Assembly: GCA_903884815.1 (NCBI GenBank)
Contig: CAISGE010000058.1
Coordinates: forward strand, 6,583-70,582
From: Candidatus Omnitrophota bacterium
GTDB lineage: Bacteria; Omnitrophota; Omnitrophia; Omnitrophales; Aquincolibacteriaceae
Length of the DNA stretch: 64,000 nucleotides
Direction of reading: 5' to 3'
Below, one piece after another: positions 1 through 10,800 of the stretch (position 1 is its first letter; every line of letters begins with the position of its first letter). Below the pieces are notes generated by a model that saw only the letters and a program-made list of their open reading frames with translations, was not told where the DNA came from and did not search any database. Made by a program: the position numbers and the translations under genes.

Positions 1-1
1 G

Positions 2-409
2 ATGGCGGTCTGGACACAGCAGTTCCAGGGCGTCGGGGCCTATTATTTTGATGATCAGCACAAAACAGCCCTTATCACGACCACCACTTACAATTTGAAC
101 AGCAAACGGTATTCCCAGGACCTCAAGCCCGGCCAAAGTATGACGCTGGAGTATGCTCTGAGCCATTACATGAATAGCCGTATTGAGGTCGGGGTGTGTG
201 GTTACGACCAGTGGCAGATCTCGTCCGATACCGGAACCGCCGCCAGGAACAAGAATGTCTTTTATCAGATCCACGCCATCGGTGGCCAGTTCACGGGTTG
301 GGTGATCAAAGAGAAGCTCAGCCTCACCGCCAAATGCTACTACGAATATTACGGCGTTGATCGTTTCAAGGGAATACTCGGGACGGCCAATTTGATCTAC
401 GTTTTCTAA
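2..409 (+). CDS. outer-membrane beta-barrel-type protein, C-terminal fragment (5' end outside window)
   Basis: ORF open from the window edge. Alternating hydrophobic/polar beta-strand-like pattern and a C-terminal ...YVF ending in Phe, typical of OM beta-barrels. Family not identified (a MetA/phenol-degradation-type transporter is a guess). Confidence 0.45.
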   Translation: MAVWTQQFQGVGAYYFDDQHKTALITTTTYNLNSKRYSQDLKPGQSMTLEYALSHYMNSRIEVGVCGYDQWQISSDTGTAARNKNVFYQIHAIGGQFTGWVIKEKLSLTAKCYYEYYGVDRFKGILGTANLIYVF

Positions 410-430
410 CTCATTTAGGAGCTTGAAATA

Positions 431-1297
431 ATGCAATCTCAGCGATGGATCACCTGGTTTTGTGTCCTGATGCTTACAGGCAGTCTGATGGCTCAGCCTG
501 TCGCTGCTTTTGTGGAGGAAGGAAAGGCTCTGCCTGCAGAAACTTTGGGGGGAAGAGGCATTCTTACTCAAGCCGAGAAAAATGAAGCGCTGATCAAGGC
601 CGCGCAAAACCCGATCGCGAATATGGTCAGCGTTCCTTTTCAGAATAATTTCGGCCTCGGATATGGCCCGGACGGGAAGATGCAATACGTCTGTAATATT
701 CAACCCGTCTATCCGATCGATTTGCCTCACAAGTGGACGCTCATTACCCGGAACATTCTTCCGGTGATCGCGCAGCCCTGGCCGCGAAATACCGGGGGAT
801 TGGGAGATCTCACAAGCTCCTTTTTCTTCACCCCGCCGCCTTTCGGGAATCTCATGGTGGGGTTGGGTCCTGTTTTTCAATTTCCCACCGCGACCGATCG
901 CACGCTGGGTCTTGAAAAATGGTCCGTGGGCCCCACGGGGGTTTTCGTCTACTCCCAGGGAAAGTGGCTGGTCGGTGCGCTCGTGAATAATCTCTGGTCT
1001 TATGCTGGGAACCGTAACCGCAGAGATGTCAACGATATGACCCTCCAGCCCTTCATCAATTACAATCTTCCGAAGGGATGGTTCCTTTTCACTTCTCCGA
1101 TCCTGACGGCGAATTGGGAAGCCAAAAAAGATGAGCGGTGGACGATCCCTGTTGGCGGCGGGCTCGGTAAACTCCTCCATTTTGGAAAGACGCCCGTAAA
1201 TATGAGCGTTCAGGGACTCTACAACATGGAACGGCCGCGGTATCAAGCCGATTGGACGATCCGGTACACGGTGCAATTCCTTTTCCCAAAGTCCTGA
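431..1297 (+). CDS. secreted/outer-membrane beta-barrel-like protein with N-terminal signal peptide
   Basis: 288-aa ORF. SD-like GGAG about 8 nt upstream. N-terminus MQSQRWITWFCVLMLTGSLMAQPVAA is a Sec signal. Gly/aromatic-rich with a C-terminal aromatic-rich strand (QFLFPKS). Confidence 0.6.
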   Translation: MQSQRWITWFCVLMLTGSLMAQPVAAFVEEGKALPAETLGGRGILTQAEKNEALIKAAQNPIANMVSVPFQNNFGLGYGPDGKMQYVCNIQPVYPIDLPHKWTLITRNILPVIAQPWPRNTGGLGDLTSSFFFTPPPFGNLMVGLGPVFQFPTATDRTLGLEKWSVGPTGVFVYSQGKWLVGALVNNLWSYAGNRNRRDVNDMTLQPFINYNLPKGWFLFTSPILTANWEAKKDERWTIPVGGGLGKLLHFGKTPVNMSVQGLYNMERPRYQADWTIRYTVQFLFPKS

Positions 1298-1353
1298 CGC
1301 GTCTGATAGAGTGTGTCAGAGAGAAGTCTTTTTTATCCTTAGAAGGGGAATTC

Positions 1354-1617
1354 ATGGCTCATCAAAATGTGCAGGACCCGCTTCACGGTGTGACGCTCGA
1401 AATGATCCTGAAAAGGATGGTCGATCAGGTGGGTTGGAAGAAGATGGCGGAGCATCTCCCGGTCCGTTGTTTTCTTTTTGATCCGACGATCACTTCGAGT
1501 CTCCGGTTTTTCCGGAAAACGCCGTGGGCCCGGGAAAAGCTGGAGCAAATGTATGTGAAGGTTTTCAAGAAACGCTACTGCCCGAAGCCTCCGAAGTCCG
1601 AACTTCCTCGCCCGTAA
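1354..1617 (+). CDS. small conserved protein, DUF2132/VF530-like
   Basis: The ORF track gives 1252..1617, but an internal ATG at 1354 is preceded by AGAAGGGGA (1341-1349). The product MAHQNVQDPLHGVTLEMILKRMVDQVGWKKMAEHLP...RKTPWAREK resembles the DUF2132 family. The upstream part of the ORF overlaps the end of the preceding gene. Confidence 0.5.
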   Translation: MAHQNVQDPLHGVTLEMILKRMVDQVGWKKMAEHLPVRCFLFDPTITSSLRFFRKTPWAREKLEQMYVKVFKKRYCPKPPKSELPRP

Positions 1618-1645
1618 CCCCTTCAACCTAGGTGGTTGAAAGGGG
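1618..1645 (+). terminator. imperfect hairpin directly after stop of 1354..1617 (no U-tract)
   Basis: CCCCTTCAACC (1618-1628) pairs with GGTTGAAAGGGG (1634-1645) with a one-base bulge. No T-run follows, so intrinsic-terminator status is weak. Confidence 0.25.
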
Positions 1646-1747
1646 CGATGCTCCAGTAATTTCTGCTCCATAAATCTATAAACTATCAATAAATAGCTAT
1701 GGATAACAATACATAGCAATCGAGCGATAATAAATACTGTCACACCC

Positions 1748-1776
1748 TTGAAATAAACAATTAAATCAAGCATATT
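1748..1776 (+). promoter_or_regulatory. candidate sigma70-like promoter for giant gene 1 (TTGAAA-17bp-CATATT; TATAGT 6 bp further)
   Basis: AT-rich 260-bp intergenic region. TTGAAA at 1748-1753, 17-bp spacer, CATATT at 1771-1776. The hexamers are weak. Confidence 0.2.
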
Positions 1777-1805
1777 TATAGTAGAAATCGAGGGTTCCAA
1801 AGAAT

Positions 1806-1885
1806 GGAGGCCTATGAAGTCGGGGGCCTCAATAGGGAGGTATGAAAGTTAATTTAGAAGGCTTATGAAGTCACAAAAACTATGA
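1806..1885 (+). promoter_or_regulatory. leader with three tandem SD-ATG-AAG mini-ORFs (12, 8 and 6 codons); last stop overlaps the giant start (CTATGATG)
   Basis: The motif GGAGG-N3-ATGAAGT occurs three times, at 1806-1820, 1836-1849 (GGGAGGTATGAAAGT) and 1857-1871. uORF1 is 1814..1852 (MKSGASIGRYES). uORF2 is 1842..1868 (MKVNLEGL), and its TGA overlaps the uORF3 ATG. uORF3 is 1865..1885 (MKSQKL), and its TGA at 1883-1885 overlaps the ATGATG of the giant ORF at 1882-1887. The giant start itself has no SD. Confidence 0.35.
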
Positions 1886-4800
1886 TGAAAAAAAGTATCA
1901 CCAAAATTCAATCGCATGGAGCGGTGACAAAAGCGATCGCGCTAGCGGTGGCGTTCGTCTTTACGTGTACGAGCGTGACGTGGGCGGATCCCGCGGCCGC
2001 GTCGAAGACGTCTCTTGTTGCGCCCGCTCCCGTCGGCGACTTGGCGCTTGATCTCGGGAAGGTTTCTTTGCCGGCAGAGATGGGAAAGATCGTCGAGACC
2101 TATCGCGGCACGGGAGACAAAACCGTCGTGCTCGTTCAGGACGCGCACTCGATCCCCGACGCGCAGCGCAGCATTCGTTCCGTTATCGAATTCTTTCAGA
2201 AGAGCTACGGTGTATCGACTGTTGGACTCGAAGGCGCGGCGAGTGAACTCGACGCTCAGATCTTCAAAAGTTTTCCGGACAAGGAACGTCTCGAAAGAAC
2301 TTTTGATCAGTACGCGGCGCGTGGTGAGTTGACCGGAGGATCGGCGGCCGCGATCTTTAGCAAGGCCCCGGCAGAGTATCACGGGATCGAAGACTGGAAG
2401 CTTTACGAGCAAGGGATTGCCCTTTATCTCGCCGCGACAAAAGCCGGGGAGGCGGCCGGGCAACAGCTCGCGGAAGAGGAGATGAAACTTGAGGGCGAAA
2501 AGGCGACGGTTTATTCCAAAGAACTTCTCGAAGTAGACCGCGCCTTGAGGGATTTTGAGGCAAACAAGATTGATCTTGCCGCGCTTCTCGTCAGCCTGAA
2601 CCGTTATCTGGCACCGACCGCCGGTTCCGAGCTTGCGGTTCTCACGGCAGAGGTCGATCGCGAGGGCGTTTCGGACATCCCCGTCGAGACCGAGATCAAG
2701 GAAATCGCGAACAAAGCGGAAGCGTTTCTGAAAGCGGATCCTTCGACGGCAGGCGACTTCAAAACTCTCAACGGAAAAGTCCAAGAGTTCCGGACTGCTC
2801 AGATCACGCCGCAGGCCTTTGCACTCTATCTCAAGGAAATCGTCAAGCGTCATGGCATCAAGGTTAAAGTCTCGGCCAAGCTTGCTCGCCTTGTCCAAGA
2901 CCAGAAGCTCCTCCGCGACATCGAAGGCACGAAGCTGTTTGGTGACCTGAAACGGTACGAGGATCAAGTTAAAGCATCTCTGATGCGACCCACGGACACA
3001 CCGGGTGTGGACAGGGTTGAAGCGATGCGTGAACTTGATCGCCGGAGCAGAGGGCTGGATCTGCTGAAACGTCTTGCGAAGTTGGAACTCAGTTTTGAGG
3101 ATTGGACGATTGTAAAAAGGTCAACGGTCAACGGTCAACGGTCAACGAACACTCCCGGTGTGGAATATCGGAGTGGCAACGGCAACACACCGGGAGTGGA
3201 TAGGGTTGAACAACTGTCGATCGATCCCATTCTGCTCAGCAGGCTTGAAGAGAACATCCAGTTCTACCGCGTGGCCGAACAGCGCGACGCCGCCTTCTTC
3301 AAAAATCTCTCGTCTCTGATGCAGAAGGATTTTCGCCGTACGCCTTACGCCTTACGCCAGACGCCGCGATCAGCTTTGCTGATTGCGGGCGGCTTCCACA
3401 CCGGCGGCATGACGCGCATTTTCAAGGAGCAGGGGATCTCTTATCTCCTGATCCAGCCCAAGATCGCCCAAATGCCCACCGAGCCCCTTTACCGCGAGCA
3501 CATGCAGGGCAAAGTTTCCTGGAGCAAATATTTCGAAGTCCGTGATGGCCAAGTTAATCTGTATGACGCGTTTGTCCGCGGGGCGAGAGACCAGCTGTTA
3601 GGGACCGTTGATCTCAAGAATCCTCTTTCCGCCGTACTCCCTACTCCGTACTCCGTACGCAAAGATTGGCGCGACCAGATCCTCCGCGACCTCGCGGCCG
3701 AGGGACGGATCACGGAAGCTTCGTCTTACACCCGCTTTATCGATGAGTTGTCGTCGTCCGCCGTACACCGTACTCCGTACGCCGAAGAGTGGCTCGCGAA
3801 CATTCGCAAGTTCGGCGAAGGGCTCAAACAGCTGAAATTGGGTGGCACCCTCACCGTCGCCAACATCCAACAGCTTGTCCGTTCTATCACAATTCCCGCG
3901 ATGGCCATTGGGGCGGAACTGAGTCCTGATTCGACGTCCCTACCACTGGTTCGTCCAGAGTCAGATTCCCGGAATTTGGCGCAATCGATTTCCGGAGATT
4001 GGAAGGATGAACCGGCCAAACCCGAATCCCGCGCGCCTGATGCCATCGTCCACAATGAAGGCGAGCGACGTGAATTGCGGGAAAAAAGAAAGCGAGAGAT
4101 CCTCGATTGTGATCTCATGAAAAATCTTCAGAGCCGTTATCCGCGTGTCATGTCCTTTGTGGCGGAATTCCTGGAGCCGGACCATATTCTTAAAGAAAGG
4201 ATCATGAACGAGATCGATGGTCTTGAGGATGCGGCGGTTCTGGCGGAAGTGAATAACGGCCTTAACCAGTTCCCAGAGACGAGAGGCGTGAACGAGTATG
4301 GGCTATACAATCCGGCGACGGTGGAAACCCTCTTTCTGACCTTAACCGCGGGAATTGAAGATATACCGCAAGTACTTGCATCGATCAGCGCGGTGGCAAG
4401 CAGTATGTCGATCGAGCGCATGAAACAGTCGAAGGATGAATCTTATGTAATAAAACGGATCGAACACTTTTATCTATTTTTTCACGCATTGGAGATTCTA
4501 TCCAAAACTCAGGGGAAAGCGCTTATCGATCGCTTTGAGAGAGCGCTCGCTGAAGCCCGCGCCGAATCCCGCACGCCAAAAGGGAAGGCGGTTGTGTCTG
4601 AGACGCCGTCGGACAAGGTCAGGGTCCCGGACGAGCCGTGGAAGAATTTTCCAAATTTCAGCAAGAACCTTCAGGCCGCGCTCCGGCAGATCTTTGAAGA
4701 AATAAATAACGCTTATGGGAACAAGATCTTGCTGGCCTCGATAACACCTGAGTGCTCTATCATGAAGGGAACCGCGATGCCCTATTCCGACGCGGACGGA

Positions 4801-7800
4801 TTGATCGTTATTCATGACTTTAAAACAAGCGAGGAATTGATCGAGGCTCAAAAGGTGCTGGAAAGGAAAATGACCCGCAATTTTATCAACGTGGCAGAAA
4901 AAGGCTTTGAAATGCCCTCGTGGATCAGCGTCGAAGAGATCAAAGCAGCGCGTAAGAAGCAGGCAGGAGCGCCGGAGCCTCACTTGGGTAAACAGATCTT
5001 GAGGAAGGCATCCTGGGCTGTTCATTATTTTTCCAGGGTTTATGAGGCGAAGGATACCATAGAGGCCCTCGCTATTCCTAAATTAGACAAGCCTGGTTCC
5101 CTGCCTCGTAATCAGAACAAATTGTTATACCGAGAAGACTTGTTTCGCCTCTGGCCCTCTCTGTCACCTGATTTGAAGAAATTGGTTTGGCAGATTCACA
5201 TGGCTTTAACGCCGCACGGTAATGTGGATAACGAACGGCCCGAGATAAGCGGGACTTATGAGCAGATCAAGGAACTGGAGAAGCTGGGCCTGCTTACTAT
5301 ACGGCGAGAAACTCCTTTTGAAAGGGACAGGAAGCCCGGAGAAAAGCCTTCTCGAATTAATGCCGTAGCGACATGGGTCCAAGTAACTCTTGACCTCAAG
5401 GAAGCGAACGGACAGAAAGGACTGTACCGCTCCGAATCCCGCACGCCAAAAGGGAAGGCGGTTGTGTCTGAGACGCCGGCGGCCCGCCCGGAAGCCGGCG
5501 GGCAAACGCACGCCATTCCTCCCGCCATGGCGGCGGCGAACACCGAGGATCTTGAGAAGCCGTTGGTGTTATCCGCCTCATTTAAAGTTGGGCCGGACGC
5601 GGATGAGGAGGGCTTGAGGAACATCTCAAGACAAGTCAATCGCGATCTCTTGCCTCAAGACCTGGAGATCCCTTCCGCCGGGCTCCGGCTTGAAAGGGAC
5701 CCACAGGATTTCCTGAATCTTGTCGAAGGCGATAATGCCGAGGAATCTTTGATCGTCGGCATTTTTATCCACAATGCTGTCGATGCGATCGCAGACTTGG
5801 CGGAGGCAGAGAAGCGGCCGATCGAAGGACGTATCACCCTGACCCTAAGCCGTCAGGGCAGGAACATTCTTGTCGAGCTTTCGGATAATGGAATTGGCAT
5901 TCCCCGGACAATTTTACGCCGGTTTTCAGAGGAGGGGCCGGTCACTACCAAGCCTCCGCCGCACACCGGAAAAAGACTTGGCGGGTTCGGGGTCGGGCGA
6001 GCGCAGATCTATGGCGTGGTCGCCGAACGTAAGGGCTCTGTGGAGATCGAGACGAGAACTTCGCGGGAAGGGGCCTGGAAAAAAGTGATCGATTACGGGA
6101 CCTATAGAGCCATGGGGCGGAATGGCGTGGGGTCACGGTTGCGTCCCTCCGGGCGTCAAACGGTCGGCACGACGATCCGCTGGATCATCCCGGCGAATCG
6201 CTCCGAAACCCGCGAGGTGACGACTTCTCCGGCGGTCACAGCCGAAGAGATCGAGGCGATAGATAGAGTCTCCGTCGCGATAAGGAGTCTTTTTCACGGC
6301 GCTAATAACCCCGTCGAAATTTCCGTTGACCTCGAGCATATCAAAATTATGCTTTTTTCTCTCGCCGGTATCCAGAACAGTGGTTACATAGCGAAATTCA
6401 TGGATAAGGTCATCGCAGGCCTGAAGACTCTAGGGGAGGAGTTTCGAGACGCGTCACGGGCCGGAACTTTAACCGCCGCAAACGCCCGTCAATATGGGAA
6501 AAGGCTTAGCGATCTTCTCGAGGAGATCAAACGCCGGGAAGCGAAACTGAAGATCATGCGAACGGAGTTGACCGGTACGCCTGAACGACAGCTTGCTGTG
6601 AAGAACAAGGCGACGGAGGAGGCGATCAACAAGAAGAGAGAGATATTCTCGGACATCTTTGAAAGCTTTGATCTGGTGATTGGAAAACTTCAGAGCCGCG
6701 TCGAGATCGCGACGGGCAGCACGGCATCCTACGCCTCTCAGGACGTGGCGCGAATCCTCGACGAGATTCGCGGCCAGTTCAAGAATGTGAAAGTGGAAAA
6801 CAAGCTGTCAGCTCCGGTCATGGTTCACGCCAACCCCTGGGCTCTGCACAGCGCTTTGTGGGTCATCATTGATAACGCTGTCTCATATTCAGAAGGGGAA
6901 GATGGGCAATACAAGACGGTCCAGGTCACGTTAGCCGAAGAAAACGGCAAGGCGAGGATCGATGTCAGGGATCTCGGAGCCGGCACAAATGATTTCAAGG
7001 ACATCGACTCGGTCACCCAAAGGCCACGGCCCTTTAACCGCGATTTCTCCAAACGTCCCGGCGGGACGGGGATCGGACTTACGGAGGCGTGGATCGTTCT
7101 GGTGAAAGCCATGGGCGGCACGATCGAGGTCCATTCCGTTCCCGGTGAGGGCACGACCTTCACGATCCGGTTGCCGATCCGTTCTGAGGGCAGGAACCGG
7201 AAGACCCCTGCGGCAGGAGGGGCCGAAAGCGTGCTGAAGGTGGACGGCTTGTTCGACACGAAGAAGATCCTTGAAATGGTGAACGCGGGCCTCTTGGATC
7301 ATATCAAAGTCTTTGTTTTTGATTACGACGGAACGCTGGCGCCTGACAGGAAACCCATGTCTTCTGAAATGGTGGAGGCCCTGCTGGCCCTTCTCGCTAC
7401 CGGCAGGAAAGTTATCATTCTGACCAACGCGGATTTTATAAGATTGAAAGTGAGTTTGGACGGTAGCGTTGCTAGGAACGGCAAAACGATACAGGCGAAT
7501 CTCAGGGCGGAGGATGAGCTCTGGGTGTATGGGGAACGTGGCGGAAGCGCGCGCCGGATGCGGCCCGCCGGGTATGAAAGTTTTCCCGATCACGCGATCG
7601 CCTATGCTCCCGGCGCGGTGGAGGCTATCACGGCGGCGTTCGAGTCCATCCGGGATAATTTTAAAGCAGACCCCGCGTTCGCTGGACAAGAATTGAAGCT
7701 CCAGGTATTCAATGATGTCGCCACGAATCCGTGGTGTTTTGTCCGGTTCAAGCTGATGGGCGACAGGGAAATACCCGAGAAAAAAATGATCCAGATCGGC

Positions 7801-10800
7801 GCATCTCTCAGGAAATTCCTTAAAGACCGCGGCATCAAACTGCCCAAGGGGACTGGGCCATTTGTTTTCAAAAAGCCTTACTCTTACCCGACCGAGATCG
7901 ACGGGATACAGTACGCGTCGGGTGTCTACCATATTGCATTCCTGCCGAGCGAAAAAAGAAAGGCCTTGAGAGAAAAGATCATTCCCTTGCATTGCGACGG
8001 GAAGGTCGAAGAGATGTTCTATGCCGGCGATGGCTTCTTCAAAGGTTCGGATAAGGAGGTCGAGGGAGTGAAAGATCTGACCAAGGCGAATGTGGAGGAT
8101 CCGGACGGGACCTTGGAGATCGCCAATGCCTTTCTGGCAAGATTTAACAACGTGTCCGCTGCGGCGGATGACAGCCGCGCGGAGACGCGGGAGGCGAGGT
8201 ATGCCGCTCTTCGCGAAGAGCGGGATCTGAATGTTTGGAGCGGGTTGTTTACCGGGTACCAGGACGCGTTCGCACGGGGCGAAAAAGGGACGACCCGGCC
8301 CGTTCTCAGTCCCTACGCTTTATCGCCTATGAAACTGGCCCGGAAAGTTTTAATTGAAGAGAGGACGCGGGGTGCCTTTGCAAGCCGGCTTGATTTCATC
8401 GAGAGATTTGCGCGGATGAAATTCGATGATTCGGAAATACACGGGCTGGATCCCGGTGCTGTGGCGGAATGGGCCATTTTGCACCTTAACCAGGCGTTTT
8501 TGAACCGTTACAGCGTTCTTCAGGAAGTGGATTCAGTTTCTCTGTCCTATGAAGAGTGGAGGACGTTGCTCGAGGAAATCCGTGCCAGCGAACCCGCGCT
8601 GTTCGAGTACCTGGATTTTGAGGGATACCTAGATAGCACGGTGGCCTTCCAGCCTTACACGGGCGAGAGTAATATTGAGGCTCAATTGAAAGATCCCCGG
8701 CATCCCGAAACGGCGATCATTGTAAAAATGATCGCCATGAAGTTATTCGGGGAAAACCCGCAGATGCTGGACGGGATGCATCTGACCAAGGGGACCCATA
8801 TCAGTCTTTCTTCCGGGCTGGTGGTAAGCGAAGAGGTCGACCGAAGCGGCGAGAGCGCCGCGGAATTGCTGGATGATTTCTTTACCGTCGAAGAATGGAC
8901 AAGTCATGCCTTGATGGATCCCGATTGGGGATATTACGGTTCGGGAAAAGTTGTATTCGGAAATCACTTCAATACGGCGCCCCAAACGCTAAGGCCCTAT
9001 TTCGGGAAATTGGTCGCCGAGCAGGCTTTTAAGATGTGGCGGGGTATGCGGGATGCCGGAACCATTCACAGGGGCGAATCCTTCCATGTGAGGGAGCCGG
9101 CAGCGGGCGACGGCCAATTGATGGAGGATTTCCTGCAACATGCCTTGGAGCGCTCGGCGGCAGACGCCGACTGGAAGGAATTTTATGAGGCGCTTCTTTA
9201 TGAAGCCATCGAGCCCAATCCCGTGACCGCTCAAGGGATCAGGGCCAGAAATCACGGTCTTGAGACGTCGGGAAAAATAAGGGTCTGGCAGGAGGATGCC
9301 TTTCAATTTTTTAACCGGGCCCGGACCAAACCCGTCAAAGGGGTCGTTATATCCAATGAATTTCTGGACAATATGCCGACCCATCAGATCAGGATCTCAA
9401 GATCCGGAAAAGTCGAGGTGGGCGTCGTGATGCCGCGTATTTCCAAAAGGGCACTTTCTTACTTTGCACGCCGCGGATTTTTAAATGACCAGCCCGGCAT
9501 ACGATTCATTCCGGATAGGGACGATCCCGATTATTTCCTCGTTTCGAAGGGCACTTTCCTGGTAATGCGCAAGCAGCTTGAAAAGCCCGAGAATTCTATT
9601 TTTAAAACGCTCCTGAGGGGCGAGATGGAACTCGCGCTGACCTATGTCGATGCGGCCGGTTTTCCGGAGCTTGAAAATTACGCCAAGATCAATGAAAAAG
9701 AGATCCATGAAGCGATGGAGCGGATGGAGGGTGAGGAGGATCACCTGACCGCGATGGTTTCGTTAAAAAATGTGGAGTACCTGGGCCTTGTGAAGGACTC
9801 GCTCAGCGCTGGATACGTCTTTACTCTTGACTATGGTTTTCCCGCGGATCTGGTATTCAGTCCCGCGATGCGGCAGATGGATATCTATCATGACCCGCGT
9901 CGGGAAATCAATTATTACTCAGATGTCGGCGATTTTGATATCACCTTCAAGCAAGATCTTTCATTTGTTATGCGTTCGGCGGAAGCGCTGAGTCTAAAAA
10001 CGAAGTTTTTGGGGAACGAAGGGGCTCTGACAGCCGGAACAGGGATCGATCTGGGGTCGTATGAAGCCCGGAAAACAATGTTTCGGGCGGGTTTTCAGCG
10101 GTTGAGAGACGCGTTCGGGCAAAACTCTAAAAGCAATCTCGCACAAAGCGGGTTTGATGCTGCGGACCGAGCATCTTTGGCGAGCCTCATCCAAGCGGTC
10201 GTGGAACAATTCCCTCTGGATGAACTCAGCGAGGCCGCGGCTAAAAAACAGTCCACGCTTGCAATCCTCAGGTCCTTCGCCCGGAAAGCTTTGACCGCGT
10301 CGGCGAGTGAGCACGACGCGCAAGCGGAGTCGGAGATCCAAATGATGATGGTGCCGCTGGTTGAAGGGCTTCAAAATTACATTCACGTAACGGATGCTCA
10401 GACGGAAGCTTTTTTGAAAGCTTCTCAGCGGGATGAAATGGGCGTGCCTTTTAGTGTTTTACTGGCGGTTCATCAGGTCCCGCATACCGATGATCATTAT
10501 GAATATCCAGAAGGATTCGAAGACCTGCGGTATCTGTTGTTAGGCGAAGGAGAGGCCTCCAGGTCCACTCCGGAAGCCGGCGGAGCCAGACCCTGGAACG
10601 CCATTCTTGATAAGTTGATCAGAAACATGAAGAACTCTCACAATGACTGTGTTCTGAAGGGTCGAGAGGCTCTCATTAATAAGCTTGAAGCTGACGAGCG
10701 CGATCGCGGCGCATTTTCCCAGGCCGATTTCGCGAATCGTCTGTTGCCCATCCTTTCGGAACATGTGAGCGGTGTTGAAACGCATGAACTTTTAGGCTGG

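Larger units (their letters stand above)
2060..3560 (+). other. N-terminal domain paralogous between the two giant proteins (possible TraB/GumN/Tiki-like fold, tentative)
   Basis: [40 protein letters not shown] and [30 protein letters not shown] in gene 1 align with LVILLQDAHANPTAQENIRQILRYLSGKYKNMTVAVEGSS and VIVLITGGFHTDGIKAILEEKGIQHAVVMPRI in gene 2 (31520..33070). The His-containing motifs (xDAH, GGFHTxG) are reminiscent of the GTxH / GAGHL motifs of the TraB/GumN/Tiki superfamily. This is an inference only. Confidence 0.4.

Noticed and set aside
1339-1800. 153-aa minus-strand ORF spanning the AT-rich intergenic region upstream of giant gene 1
   Set aside because: It overlaps the DUF2132-like gene and the promoter/leader region. 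It has no RBS and a low-complexity product.
1942-2967. Long minus-strand ORFs antisense to the giant genes (for example 1942..2967, 6931..7992, 40102..41382, 41389..42561, 43399..44613, 45364..46074, 48037..48918)
   Set aside because: They lie entirely inside the giant plus-strand ORFs. Their products are Arg/Pro/Gly-rich low-complexity strings typical of shadow ORFs in GC-rich coding DNA, with no start context or motifs.
3119-3783. CRISPR array or other spaced-repeat array
   Set aside because: Only short (7-nt) tandem SSRs and a few long intragenic duplicates are present. There is no repeat-spacer architecture anywhere in the window.
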